Shown here piece after piece: positions 37,437-45,876 of a stretch of 64,000 nt of DNA; position 1 is the first letter of the stretch; the number at the start of each line of letters is the position of its first letter. Both the position numbers and the translations under genes were made by a program. Source of the DNA: Anaerolineae bacterium (lineage in GTDB: Bacteria > Chloroflexota > Anaerolineae > Anaerolineales > UBA4823); contig JBGPBQ010000001.1 of assembly GCA_041481345.1 (NCBI GenBank), positions 6,046 to 70,045 on the forward strand. The letters are read 5' to 3'. The notes under the pieces were generated by a model that worked only from the letters and a program-made list of their open reading frames with translations, was not told where the DNA came from and searched no databases.

Positions 37437-38495
37437 ATGGATCTAGATAATTACACTGCATTTTATAACATCGACCAGCAAAACTATCTGGGTGAGATCG
37501 AAAACCTCCCCAGCCAGCTGGAGAACGCCTACCGGCAGGGCTTGGGCTTGAGCCTGCCTCCCTGGCAGGGAATTAAAAACGTGCTCATCGCTGGCATGGG
37601 CGGCTCAGCTATCGGGGCCGACCTACTGTGTGCGTACGCAACACCTCTCTGCCCGGTGCCGGTCATGGTGCAGCGCAGCTACAGTTTGCCGGCCTGGGCG
37701 CGGGGACCGGGGACGCTGGTGATCGCCAGCTCGCATTCGGGCAATACCGAGGAAACGCTGGCGGCATTCGAACAGGCTCGGTTAAGCGGCTGCCGCATCC
37801 TGGCGCTGTGCACGGGGGGCAAATTGGCTCAGAAGGCTGAGGCCACAAACACCCCTGTGTGGACTTTCGAGCACCCCGGGCAGCCGCGCGCCGCCGTTGG
37901 TTATTCCTTCGGGCTGCTACTGGCGCTGTTGAAGCGCCTGGGTTTGATCCCCGATCCTGAGGCTGAGCTCTCCGCGGCAACTGCGGCTATGCGCAAACAA
38001 CAGACGGACCTGCGGGTGGAAGTGCCCGTGGTGCGCAACCTCGCCAAGCGTGAGGCGGGTCAAATGATGGGGCGTTGGGTGATGGTTTTCGGAGCCGACG
38101 TGCTCGAGCCAGTCGCGCGGCGCTGGAAGACTCAGATCAACGAGCTGGCCAAGGCCTGGGCGCAGTTCGAGACGCTGCCCGAAGCCGACCACAATGCCCT
38201 GGCGGGTCTCACCCAGCCTGAGAATGCGCTCTCATCTGCCATGGCGCTCTTCCTGCGAGCCCCGTCCTATCATCCGCGCAACCTGCTGAGGTCGGAATTG
38301 ACCAAGCAGGCATACATGCTCGAGGGGCTGAACACCGATTTCATCGATGCCCAGGGGGAGACCGCTCTCGCCCAGCAGTGGACCGCTTTGCACCTGGGGG
38401 ATTACGTGGCGTATTACCTGGCGATGATCTACGAGGTCGACCCCACCCCCATCCCAGCACTGGAGGGGTTCAAGAAGCAGCTGGCGGAGAGGTGA
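37437..38495 (+). CDS. bifunctional phosphoglucose/phosphomannose isomerase (SIS domain)
   Basis: 'IAGMGGSAIGADL', 'VIASSHSGNTEETL', and a C-terminal PGI/PMI-type domain. Confidence 0.8.
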   Translation: MDLDNYTAFYNIDQQNYLGEIENLPSQLENAYRQGLGLSLPPWQGIKNVLIAGMGGSAIGADLLCAYATPLCPVPVMVQRSYSLPAWARGPGTLVIASSHSGNTEETLAAFEQARLSGCRILALCTGGKLAQKAEATNTPVWTFEHPGQPRAAVGYSFGLLLALLKRLGLIPDPEAELSAATAAMRKQQTDLRVEVPVVRNLAKREAGQMMGRWVMVFGADVLEPVARRWKTQINELAKAWAQFETLPEADHNALAGLTQPENALSSAMALFLRAPSYHPRNLLRSELTKQAYMLEGLNTDFIDAQGETALAQQWTALHLGDYVAYYLAMIYEVDPTPIPALEGFKKQLAER

Positions 38496-38633
38496 CAATT
38501 TAAATCGATTGACCGTTCCTATCCACCCGGACAGGATTTAACCCCTCTTCTGACCAGGATAAAATAGATACTTATATTTTATAATTATGGCATCAAACAA
38601 GTGCGTCCATTCCCCGCACACAAAGGAGGTCCA

Positions 38634-39383
38634 ATGAAAATCCGAACCATCTGTATTTCACTTCTCCTTATATCTATGTTATTGGTCAGCTGCAGTGTAT
38701 TGTCAAATGCGGGTGTCAAGGTGATTACCCCATCCAAGGTGAACATCAGCGAAAACCGTGATGTAAGTGGTTTTAGTGCGATCGATTTTAGCACCATCGG
38801 AAAGATAAACCTTATGCAGGGCGACAAAGAATCATTGAATATTTCAGGTCCCGATAATCTTGTCCCTGAAATCAGCTCTGTGGTAAGTAATGGGACACTC
38901 ATTATCAAGACCAAGGAAAATATCACAATTTCCCCTCTAAACAATCAAAACCCGTTGGTATTCACCATCGTAGTCAAAGACCTCACCTCTTTCAAAATCA
39001 GCGGGGCGGGTGATGTCCAGATGGAAACCCTCTCAACCCCCAGCCTGGATATTAACCTGAGTGGAGCCGGAAATGTCGTGATGAACCAACTCACCACGGG
39101 CAGCCTCAATGTAACCATCAGCGGGGTCGGAGGTTTGAATGCTTCTGGTGTTGCCCCTAAATTGACGATCGATATCTCCGGTGCAGGTAATGTGAATGCC
39201 ACGGACCTGAAGGTCCAGATTGCCAATGTCACTATATCGGGATTGGGCGGTGCAACGGTGTGGGTCACTGACCAGTTGACGGGTACCATCAGCGGCGCTG
39301 GAAGTGTGTCTTATTATGGTTCTCCCCAGACTAATACGACTTCCTCCGGATTGGGCAATTTCAAATCCCTGGGCAGCAAATAA
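38634..39383 (+). CDS. DUF2807 / head-GIN-domain (putative adhesin-like beta-helix) lipoprotein
   Basis: Trimmed to ATG 38634 after 'aaaggagg'. It has the lipobox 'LLVSCS' and repeated 'ISGAGDV / LSGAGNV / ISGVGGL / ISGAGNV / ISGLGGA / ISGAGSV' rungs. Confidence 0.75.
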   Translation: MKIRTICISLLLISMLLVSCSVLSNAGVKVITPSKVNISENRDVSGFSAIDFSTIGKINLMQGDKESLNISGPDNLVPEISSVVSNGTLIIKTKENITISPLNNQNPLVFTIVVKDLTSFKISGAGDVQMETLSTPSLDINLSGAGNVVMNQLTTGSLNVTISGVGGLNASGVAPKLTIDISGAGNVNATDLKVQIANVTISGLGGATVWVTDQLTGTISGAGSVSYYGSPQTNTTSSGLGNFKSLGSK

Positions 39384-39497
39384 CCTTGCTAGCAATTCAT
39401 CGCCAAAGTTGATACTCCCCAGTTTAGTAGGGAGTCTCAATTGGTGAAATGTAAATCGAAATAGCCAGATAATCCCATCTTCTCGGGACGTAAATAA

Positions 39498-39539
39498 AAA
39501 CTTCCGAAGAAATGTTAGCCAAATTTTCTTCGGAAGTTT
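39498..39539. terminator. bidirectional terminator between convergent genes
   Basis: Perfect 15-bp stem 'aaacttccgaagaaa'/'tttcttcggaagttt', A-rich on the left and T-rich on the right. Confidence 0.7.
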
Positions 39540-39555
39540 GGGTTTAATCGTAAAA

Positions 39556-40455
39556 TTACAGCTTATATGCCGTGATTTGGGCGCTGAAGACGGATTCGCG
39601 CACCGGCTTATCGCCCAGGTCGACTGCTTCCTTTAGCTCAACCACCTTAACCTCCACCCCATCGCTCATCACCATGCGCTGACCCCCGCCGCAGCACGAC
39701 TGTATGTCGGCTTGCTTCACATACTCGTCCACTACTTCCTGGTCGAAGTAGGTGGGGGTGAGCTCGATGTTGGTAAAGCCGGCCGCTTCGAGATTAGCGA
39801 TGTATTCCTTCACATCCAGAGCTCCCGCCACGCAGCCCGCCCAGGCGCTCAGGCTGTCCTTGACTTCCTGGGGCAGCGGACCGTCGGTGACGATGTCGCT
39901 CAGCGCCAGCCTGCCGCCGGATCTCAGGACGCGGAATGCCTCTTTGAACACCTGCGGCTTATCGGGCGAAAGGTTGACCACGCAGTTGGAGATGATCACG
40001 TCCACAGTTTTATCCGCCACAGGCAGGTGCTCGATCTCGCCCAGGCGGAACTCAACGTTCTTGAAACCCATCCTGGCCTGGTTGAGGCGCGCTTTTTCAA
40101 GCATCTCGGCGGTCATGTCCACGCCGATCACGTGCCCGGTCTCGCCGACCTTTTTGGCTGCCATGAAGCAGTCGATGCCGCCGCCCGAACCCAAATCGAG
40201 CACGGTTTGGCCGGGCTTGAGGGAGGCCAGTGTGATCGGGTCGCCGCAGCCCATGGAGAGTCCGGTGACTTCATCTGGCAGGGTGTCGAGCTCGGAGAGC
40301 GGATAAAGCTTGCTGGCATTCAACTCTTCCACCTCTTTTGAGCAGCCGCAGGCTGACTTAGCCTTCGGTTGAAAGCTGGCAGCCGCTTCACCGTAGTGCT
40401 GGCGCACGACTGCGTGAATATCAACGGGTTTTTCTTGAACGTTTGATTCTGACAT
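39556..40455 (-). CDS. arsM: arsenite S-adenosylmethionine methyltransferase
   Basis: SAM motif 'VLDLGSGGGIDCF' and conserved Cys residues ('ACGC', 'GCGDP', 'WAGCVAG'). Trimmed to ATG 40455 after 'aaaggagtaag', because the longer ORF runs into a repeat element. Confidence 0.85.
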   Translation of the reverse strand: MSESNVQEKPVDIHAVVRQHYGEAAASFQPKAKSACGCSKEVEELNASKLYPLSELDTLPDEVTGLSMGCGDPITLASLKPGQTVLDLGSGGGIDCFMAAKKVGETGHVIGVDMTAEMLEKARLNQARMGFKNVEFRLGEIEHLPVADKTVDVIISNCVVNLSPDKPQVFKEAFRVLRSGGRLALSDIVTDGPLPQEVKDSLSAWAGCVAGALDVKEYIANLEAAGFTNIELTPTYFDQEVVDEYVKQADIQSCCGGGQRMVMSDGVEVKVVELKEAVDLGDKPVRESVFSAQITAYKL

Positions 40456-40480
40456 GATTCTTACTCCTTTTGTTTGATCT

Positions 40481-40615
40481 GTCATCGCGAGCACGGCACT
40501 TTTTACCGGGCGTGGCGATCTCCAATAAGCTTGAGGGAGATTGCTTCGGCCTCGCACTGCTCGAGACAGAGGCAAGATCGCCTTCCCCGAAAATCAGCGG
40601 GGATACCGCAATGAC
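40481..40615. repeat. MITE/REP-like hairpin element with GTCATCGCG...CGCAATGAC termini
   Basis: The terminal inverted repeats are 'gtcatcgcg' and 'cgcaatgac'. Internal hairpins are 'gatctcc...ggagatt' and 'ccccgaaaatcagcgggg'. A related copy lies at 47647-47740. Confidence 0.7.
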
Positions 40616-40707
40616 TACTCTTTCTATATATTATATCCATAATTTTCGATTGGTCAAGAGGAAGAACGTCATATTAATCTAATAAACTCGATACATTAGC
40701 CATTTCC

Positions 40708-40736
40708 TTGACTTTCCATCCACTTTCTGTTATTAT
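40708..40736 (+). promoter_or_regulatory. candidate promoter of the arsR-like gene
   Basis: 'ttgact' (40708-40713), a 17-nt spacer, then 'tattat' (40731-40736). Confidence 0.45.
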
Positions 40737-40789
40737 ATTCCCTAGATAGATTGATAATTTTGGATGTGTTTTTAGGCAAGGATAAACCC

Positions 40790-41380
40790 ATGGATAATAT
40801 CACCGCCACTTTGATCACTCAGCTGCTGGATATGGCAATGGAAAATACCCAACCGGAAGAGCGGCTGGCATTTGTGGAGAAGCTTTTCGCGCAGCTACCC
40901 CCGGATGCTCAGCGGGAGTTCCTGCTGAGCCTGACGCGCCTGGTGCTCGAAACCGGCATCTCCCCAACCATGCTACAGGTTGCCAGCCAGGACGACACCT
41001 CGAAACCCAGGCTGATCCAGATGATCCCGGCCTCCCCCCAGACAGACCCTGGGGATTTCGCTCCCGGGCAGATCTGCTGCCAGGCGCTGACCGGCTTTGC
41101 CAGGGTGGATGGCATGGACGAGCAGCAAGTGGTGGATATTGCCCAGTTGTTCAACGGGCTGGCGGACGAGACGCGCGTCAAGATCGTCAAGCTGCTGGCC
41201 AAGGGTGAGTTCACCGTGGACGAGCTGGTGGAGTTCCTGGGCACTGCCCAGTCCACCACCTCGCACCACCTGCGGGTGCTGAAAGAGGCTAATTTAATCA
41301 AGGGTGAGAAGCGAGGGCGGAACACCTACTATTCGCTGGTCGTGCCGGAACAGGCAACCGCAGAAGAGCTACGAGGCTGA
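40790..41380 (+). CDS. arsR: ArsR/SmtB-family transcriptional regulator with ~110-aa N-terminal extension
   Basis: The C-terminal wHTH is 'LADETRVKIVKLLAKGEFTVDELVEFLGTAQSTTSHHLRVLKEANLIKGEKRGRNTYYSL'. A vicinal 'CC' ('GQICCQAL') sits just upstream of it. The gene is divergent from arsM. Confidence 0.8.
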   Translation: MDNITATLITQLLDMAMENTQPEERLAFVEKLFAQLPPDAQREFLLSLTRLVLETGISPTMLQVASQDDTSKPRLIQMIPASPQTDPGDFAPGQICCQALTGFARVDGMDEQQVVDIAQLFNGLADETRVKIVKLLAKGEFTVDELVEFLGTAQSTTSHHLRVLKEANLIKGEKRGRNTYYSLVVPEQATAEELRG

Positions 41381-41458
41381 TCCCACTACCTTGTATATCC
41401 ATAATTTGCGCCGGGAATACAATAATTTATTTCCTATCTTGTCTATGTATCAAACATG

Positions 41459-43636
41459 CTAATTGCGTGCGATCATAGGTAAAAATTCAGGTAGGATAAG
41501 ATTCACTATGATGAAGTCTTGCTCGGACGCATCTGGAGGCACGCTGAGACTGCGTTCAGGTGGTGTGAAGGAATAGTCGCTCAGGGTTGGGGTAAGTGTA
41601 TAGCTCCCACTCAGTACATCCGTGATGATATAGTACCCCTGATTGTCGGAAAAGACGCTGTACCCAGGACCGGCAAATACATTTACTCCGGAAAGGGGGT
41701 GTCCAACCAAATCCGTAATATGCCCGGAGATTGTGTAGACTGGATTCTCCCCAATAAAACGCAGGATGAGTAGGCCACCTTCTCCATCGGCAACATAGAT
41801 AAGGCTCCCGACCACAGACACGCTATTAGCTTTACCAAGTGAATCGTAGAAGTCGACCTCAGTGGGGGCATTCGGCAAGCTCACGTCGATGATGCGCAAT
41901 CCGTTGTAGGAGTCAGCGACGTAGGCGAAGTTCCCGGATATGGCCACGCCAACAGCAGATCCCGGGGTAGCAATGAAGCCGACTTCTGTGGGGGCACTCG
42001 GCAGGCTCACATCAATGATACGCAGTCCAACAACATCGGCGACATAAGCATAGCTTCCAGCCACGACCACGCCAACGGCAGTACCCGGTGTATCATAGAA
42101 GCCGACTTCGGTGGGAGTGCTCGGCACACTCACGTCAATGATATGGACGCCATCCACGGTGTCGGCAATGTAGGCGTAGTTCCCGTCCACAGCAACGCTA
42201 ACTGCAGCGCCTGATGTATCGTAGAAACCGACCTCGGTAGGAGCGCTCGGTACGCTTACATCGATGACACGCAAGCCTTCATAGTAGTCAGCTACATAGG
42301 CGAAGGTCCCGGATATGGTCATGGAAACAGCATATCCCGGTGTAGCATAGAAGCCAACTTCGGTAGGAGCGCTCGGCACGCTCACGTCGATGATGCGCAG
42401 TCCATTAACATCGGTGACGTATGCGTAGTTCCCGGCCACAGCCACACCCTGGGCATTTCCCGGTGTGGCGTAGAAGCCGGTCTCCATAGGAGCGCTCGGT
42501 ACGCTCGCGTCGATGATACGCAAGCCTTCGTAGTAGTCAGCGACGTAGGCGAAGGTCCCGGATATGGCCACGGAAACAGCATTTCCCGTTGTAGTATAGA
42601 AGGCGATCTCGGTAGGGGTGTTCGGCACGCTCACATCGATGATGCGTAGTCCAGTAAATCCATCAGCGATATAGGCGTAGTTCCCGGCCACGGCCGCACC
42701 CTGGGCATTTCCCGATGTAGCATAGACGCCAACCTCCCTAGGAGCGCTCGGCGTGCTTACGTCTACGATGCGCAAACCTTCATAGTAATCAGCGACGTAG
42801 GCGAAGGTCCCGACGACGGTCACACTGTTAACATATCCCTGGGTAGCATAGAAGCCAACCTCGGTGGGGGCACTCGGCACGCTCACATCGATAATGCGGA
42901 GCCCAGTAAATCCATCAGCAACGTAGGCGTAGTTCCCGGCCACGACCACACTAATGGCAGCGCCCGAAGTATCGTAGAAGCCAACCTCAGTAGGGGCGCT
43001 CGGCACACTCACGTCGATGATGCGTAAGCCTGCAGTAGCGCCGGCGACATAGACGTAGTTTCCGGCCACGGCTACGCCCTCGGCAAAGCCCGGTGTATTA
43101 TAGAAGCCGACCTCGGTGGGTGTGCCTGGCACGCTCACGTCGACGATGCGCAGGCCATCTATCCAGTCAGCGATGTAGGCATAGTTCCCAGCCACGGCTA
43201 CACCCAGAGCTTGTCCCAGTGTATCGTAGACGCCGACCTCGATGGGAGCCGTTGGCAGGCTTACATCATAGATGTACAAGCCACCATCAACATCAGCGAC
43301 ATAGGCATAGTTCCCGATCACAGTCACGCCTTTCACAAAATCGGGCAGTAAAGCGGTCTGCCCAATCCAGGTGGGGTGATCCGGAGCAGAGACATTCAAG
43401 ATGACCAGACGAGGTCCAATACCAATATATGCATAGTCACCCTGTACGGTCACTGCATAAGTGACCCCGCCAATTTGGCCCACAGTTTTGACATTCCAGG
43501 TATCCTGGATAATCTGGTCAGACTCACCAGGTGCGTATTCCACCCCGGGTTTCGCTTCTGCGGGGCTGGCGATTAATCCGAAAAACAGCAATAGGACAGC
43601 AAGAATATTGAATATCCCCTTCATTAGAGATTTCAT
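41459..43636 (-). CDS. secreted LVIVD-repeat beta-propeller protein with C-terminal CarboxypepD_reg-like domain
   Basis: A signal peptide, then about 14 repeats of '..GNYAYVAD...GLRIIDVS.PSAPTEVGFY.T.G.A..V.V..'. The C-terminus is 'ISGHITDLVGHPLSGVNVFAG...YYIITDVLSGSYTLTP'. Confidence 0.85.
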   Translation of the reverse strand: MKSLMKGIFNILAVLLLFFGLIASPAEAKPGVEYAPGESDQIIQDTWNVKTVGQIGGVTYAVTVQGDYAYIGIGPRLVILNVSAPDHPTWIGQTALLPDFVKGVTVIGNYAYVADVDGGLYIYDVSLPTAPIEVGVYDTLGQALGVAVAGNYAYIADWIDGLRIVDVSVPGTPTEVGFYNTPGFAEGVAVAGNYVYVAGATAGLRIIDVSVPSAPTEVGFYDTSGAAISVVVAGNYAYVADGFTGLRIIDVSVPSAPTEVGFYATQGYVNSVTVVGTFAYVADYYEGLRIVDVSTPSAPREVGVYATSGNAQGAAVAGNYAYIADGFTGLRIIDVSVPNTPTEIAFYTTTGNAVSVAISGTFAYVADYYEGLRIIDASVPSAPMETGFYATPGNAQGVAVAGNYAYVTDVNGLRIIDVSVPSAPTEVGFYATPGYAVSMTISGTFAYVADYYEGLRVIDVSVPSAPTEVGFYDTSGAAVSVAVDGNYAYIADTVDGVHIIDVSVPSTPTEVGFYDTPGTAVGVVVAGSYAYVADVVGLRIIDVSLPSAPTEVGFIATPGSAVGVAISGNFAYVADSYNGLRIIDVSLPNAPTEVDFYDSLGKANSVSVVGSLIYVADGEGGLLILRFIGENPVYTISGHITDLVGHPLSGVNVFAGPGYSVFSDNQGYYIITDVLSGSYTLTPTLSDYSFTPPERSLSVPPDASEQDFIIVNLILPEFLPMIARN
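41870..43330 (-). repeat. ~129-bp coding tandem repeats (LVIVD units)
   Basis: Strings such as 'gctcggcacgctcacatcgatgatgcg' recur with a period of about 43 codons. Confidence 0.8.
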
Positions 43637-44193
43637 GGTATTCTCCTTTTTCGTTACGCGATAAAGTTTCCTGGATATTTTCCTAACTTGTTTTATTCAA
43701 TATCCTTGCAGCTTCATCGCCTTTTCATCATACTATTTGGTCACCTTCACAGCGATCTTCCCAAATATAGATTCATCAGATGAATATTGGTTAGTCGAAT
43801 ACGCTGATACGCGTAGTAATTTAGCTTGGATTCACTTTTCTCCTGCTATCCGGAGAAGAGGAAGAACCTGATTCTAGCACGGCGATGGAAGGAGAAGCAG
43901 GTCCCCTGCTCTAGCGCTCACAACCTCAGGGGAAGTAGCGCACCTTATTGGCGTTTACCCAGCCAATTTGGGTAACGATAATTGGGTTTCCCATCTCTCA
44001 ATCCCTCCTATTCCAGCATAGCAAAAATCTCACCACCTGTCAATCAACTTGCTATCATGTCAATTTGATGAAATGTCAGCCTCCGTGTTCTCTGTGTTTG
44101 CTAAGGTGTTTATTCTATTCTCATCTGCACCTATCTATGATTGCTTTTTAATCCTTGTTTTCAGTATTCGTCTCAGCTTCTTTCCCCCGTCTC

Positions 44194-44221
44194 TTGACAC
44201 GTCCCTATCCTATTGTATAAT
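44194..44221 (+). promoter_or_regulatory. near-consensus promoter for the serS leader
   Basis: 'ttgaca' (44194-44199), a 16-nt spacer with TG at 44214-44215, then 'tataat' (44216-44221). Confidence 0.65.
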
Positions 44222-44227
44222 CCACCC

Positions 44228-44518
44228 TAATCTATTCCAGAATAACCAGCGCGGAGACGAGTAGCCAGGAAACCTCCCAGAGAGTCGCCGGAAGGTGCGA
44301 GGCGGCAGGCACACGGGCGAAATCCACTCCGCCGGACCAGAATACGGTCCAATTGCTCCCGCAGATTTGGCGCTTTTCCAAGCTAAGGGTGCCGGGACTG
44401 CCCGTTAGCGCAGAGATGAGGCCGGCCTGGTCTCGCATTTCACGGAAAGTGGACAGGCTGGCGAAATGCAGGTGGCACCACGGGCGCCCCCTCGTCCTGC
44501 TGACGAGAGGGCTTTTTT
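44228..44518 (+). promoter_or_regulatory. T-box riboswitch leader (Ser specifier) with terminator
   Basis: The Stem I motifs are 'agagag' (44279-44284) and 'ggtgcga' (44294-44300). The candidate specifier is 'gaaa-tcc-a', with UCC at 44323-44325. The T-box sequence is 'aaatgcaggtggcaccacgg' (44464-44483). The terminator 'cccctcgtc...gacgagaggg' plus a U6 run spans 44487-44518. Confidence 0.8.
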
Positions 44519-44560
44519 ATTCAATTTTTTTGGCAATTTTTTTGGCAATTTTTTGGGCAT
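44512..44560 (+). repeat. 12-13-nt U-rich tandem repeat between the T-box terminator and the serS RBS
   Basis: Four tandem units: 'cttttttattcaa', 'tttttttggcaa', 'tttttttggcaa' and 'ttttttgggcat'. Confidence 0.7.
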
Positions 44561-44576
44561 AATTGGAGGTGCAACT

Positions 44577-45854
44577 ATGCTAGACATCAATCTCATCCGT
44601 GAACAACCTGACGTGGTGCGAAAAGCCCTGGTTGACCGCCAGATGGAGATTGCGCCCGTCGACCAGATCCTGGAGCTCGACCGCCAGCGCCGCCACATCA
44701 TTCAAGAGGCGGAGAGCCTCAAAGCTGAGCGCAACGCGGTCTCCAAAGAGATCAGCAAAGCCAAAGACCCCGCTGACCGCCAGACGAAGATCGAAGCCAT
44801 GCGGAACGTGGGAGAACGCATCAGCCAGCTCGACGAAGGCTTGCGCAAGGTCGAGGAAGAGCTGAATGCCATCCTGGCAGGCATCCCGAACATCCCCGAT
44901 ACCCGCACGCCCTATGGCAAAGATGACAGCGAGAACGTGGTGCTGCGCGGGGTGGGAGAGATCCCGGAGTACGACTTCGAGCCCAAAGCCCACTGGGACC
45001 TGGGTCCCGCCCTTGGCATCCTGGATTTCGAACGAGGTGTCAAGATCACCGGCTCGCGCTTTTACGTGCTCAGCGGGGCGGGTGCCCGCCTGCAGCGCGC
45101 CTTGATCGCCTGGATGCTCGACCTGCACATCCGCCAGGGGTATACCGAAAAGTACACCCCTTTCATGGTCAAGGAGAATACCATGTTCAGCGCCGGGCAG
45201 CTGCCCAAGTTCAGGGATAACCTGTACCATGACGTGGAGGACGACCTGTGGATGGTGCCCACGGCAGAGGTGCCGCTCACTGGGCTGCACATCGATGACG
45301 TGCTGGACGAAGCCAGCCTACCCCGTTACTACACGGCGTACACACCCTGCTTCCGGCGCGAAAAGATGAGCGCCGGGCGGGATGTGCGCGGCATCAAGCG
45401 CGGTCACCAGTTCGACAAGGTGGAGATGTACATCTTCTGCAAGCCCGAAGAGTCGGACCGGATGCTGGAAAAAATGCGCGACGATGCTGAGCAAACCTGC
45501 CTCGAGCTGGGGCTGACTTATCGTGTCAAGCAGCTGTGCACCGGCGATCTGGGTTTCAATGCCCTGCTGACCTATGACATCGAGGTGTGGGCACCGGGCT
45601 GCAATGAGTGGCTGGAGGTATCGTCGGTCTCGAACGTGGGCGATTTTCAGGCACGCCGTGCCAATATCAAGTACCGGCCCACTGAGGGCGGTAAGCTGCG
45701 CCTGGTGCATACCTTGAATGGCTCGGGGCTGGGCATGCCGCGCACCCTGATCGCCGTGCTGGAGAACTACCAGCAGGCGGATGGCAGTGTGGTCGTCCCG
45801 CCGGTGCTGCGCCCGTGGATGGGTGGAATCGACGTTATCCGCCCGGAAGCGTAA
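44577..45854 (+). CDS. serS: seryl-tRNA synthetase
   Basis: Trimmed to ATG 44577 after 'ggaggtg'. It has an N-terminal coiled-coil arm and class II motifs ('[29 protein letters not shown]', '[20 protein letters not shown]'). Confidence 0.95.
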   Translation: MLDINLIREQPDVVRKALVDRQMEIAPVDQILELDRQRRHIIQEAESLKAERNAVSKEISKAKDPADRQTKIEAMRNVGERISQLDEGLRKVEEELNAILAGIPNIPDTRTPYGKDDSENVVLRGVGEIPEYDFEPKAHWDLGPALGILDFERGVKITGSRFYVLSGAGARLQRALIAWMLDLHIRQGYTEKYTPFMVKENTMFSAGQLPKFRDNLYHDVEDDLWMVPTAEVPLTGLHIDDVLDEASLPRYYTAYTPCFRREKMSAGRDVRGIKRGHQFDKVEMYIFCKPEESDRMLEKMRDDAEQTCLELGLTYRVKQLCTGDLGFNALLTYDIEVWAPGCNEWLEVSSVSNVGDFQARRANIKYRPTEGGKLRLVHTLNGSGLGMPRTLIAVLENYQQADGSVVVPPVLRPWMGGIDVIRPEA

Positions 45855-45876
45855 TGCTGTAGATTAAGGAGTATAC

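Noticed and set aside
39712-40341. Plus-strand ORFs of 209 aa and 184 aa lying inside arsM.
   Set aside because: They are antisense shadow ORFs in a GC-rich gene. The opposite strand carries clear ArsM motifs (SAM-binding 'VLDLGSGGG', conserved Cys). The plus-strand translations are low-complexity and rich in Arg, Gly, His and Ala.
40456-40575. 40-codon N-terminal extension of the arsM ORF ('MPLSRAVRGRSNLPQAYWRSPRPVKSAVLAMTDQTKGVRI').
   Set aside because: The extension is a translation of the 40481-40615 hairpin repeat. ATG 40455 has a good 'aaaggag' RBS and gives a normal ArsM N-terminus.
41870-43330. Regularly spaced DNA repeats that could be mistaken for a CRISPR array.
   Set aside because: The period is about 129 bp, and the repeats lie inside one continuous 725-aa ORF encoding LVIVD units. 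There is no short direct-repeat/unique-spacer structure, and no cas genes are present in the window.
43880-43905. 'ggaaggagaagcagg', which is reminiscent of the SRP RNA 'GGAAGGAAGCAGCC' motif.
   Set aside because: Only a partial word matches. The flanking helix 8 and helix 5 complementarity expected for 4.5S/SRP RNA is absent.
43948-44264. Plus-strand ORFs of 67 aa and 71 aa in the AT-rich spacer.
   Set aside because: The translations are low-complexity and rich in Ser, Leu, Phe and Cys. There is no RBS, and they overlap the mapped serS-leader promoter. They are most likely non-coding.
44466-44576. 37-codon N-terminal extension of serS ('MQVAPRAPP...[11 protein letters not shown]').
   Set aside because: It is read through the T-box terminator and the U-rich tandem repeat. 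ATG 44577 follows a 'ggaggtg' RBS and gives the canonical 'MLDINLIR' SerRS start.
44580-45290. Minus-strand 236-aa ORF, plus smaller ones, inside serS.
   Set aside because: It is antisense to an unambiguous class II seryl-tRNA synthetase. The translation has no motifs, and its composition is typical of shadow frames.
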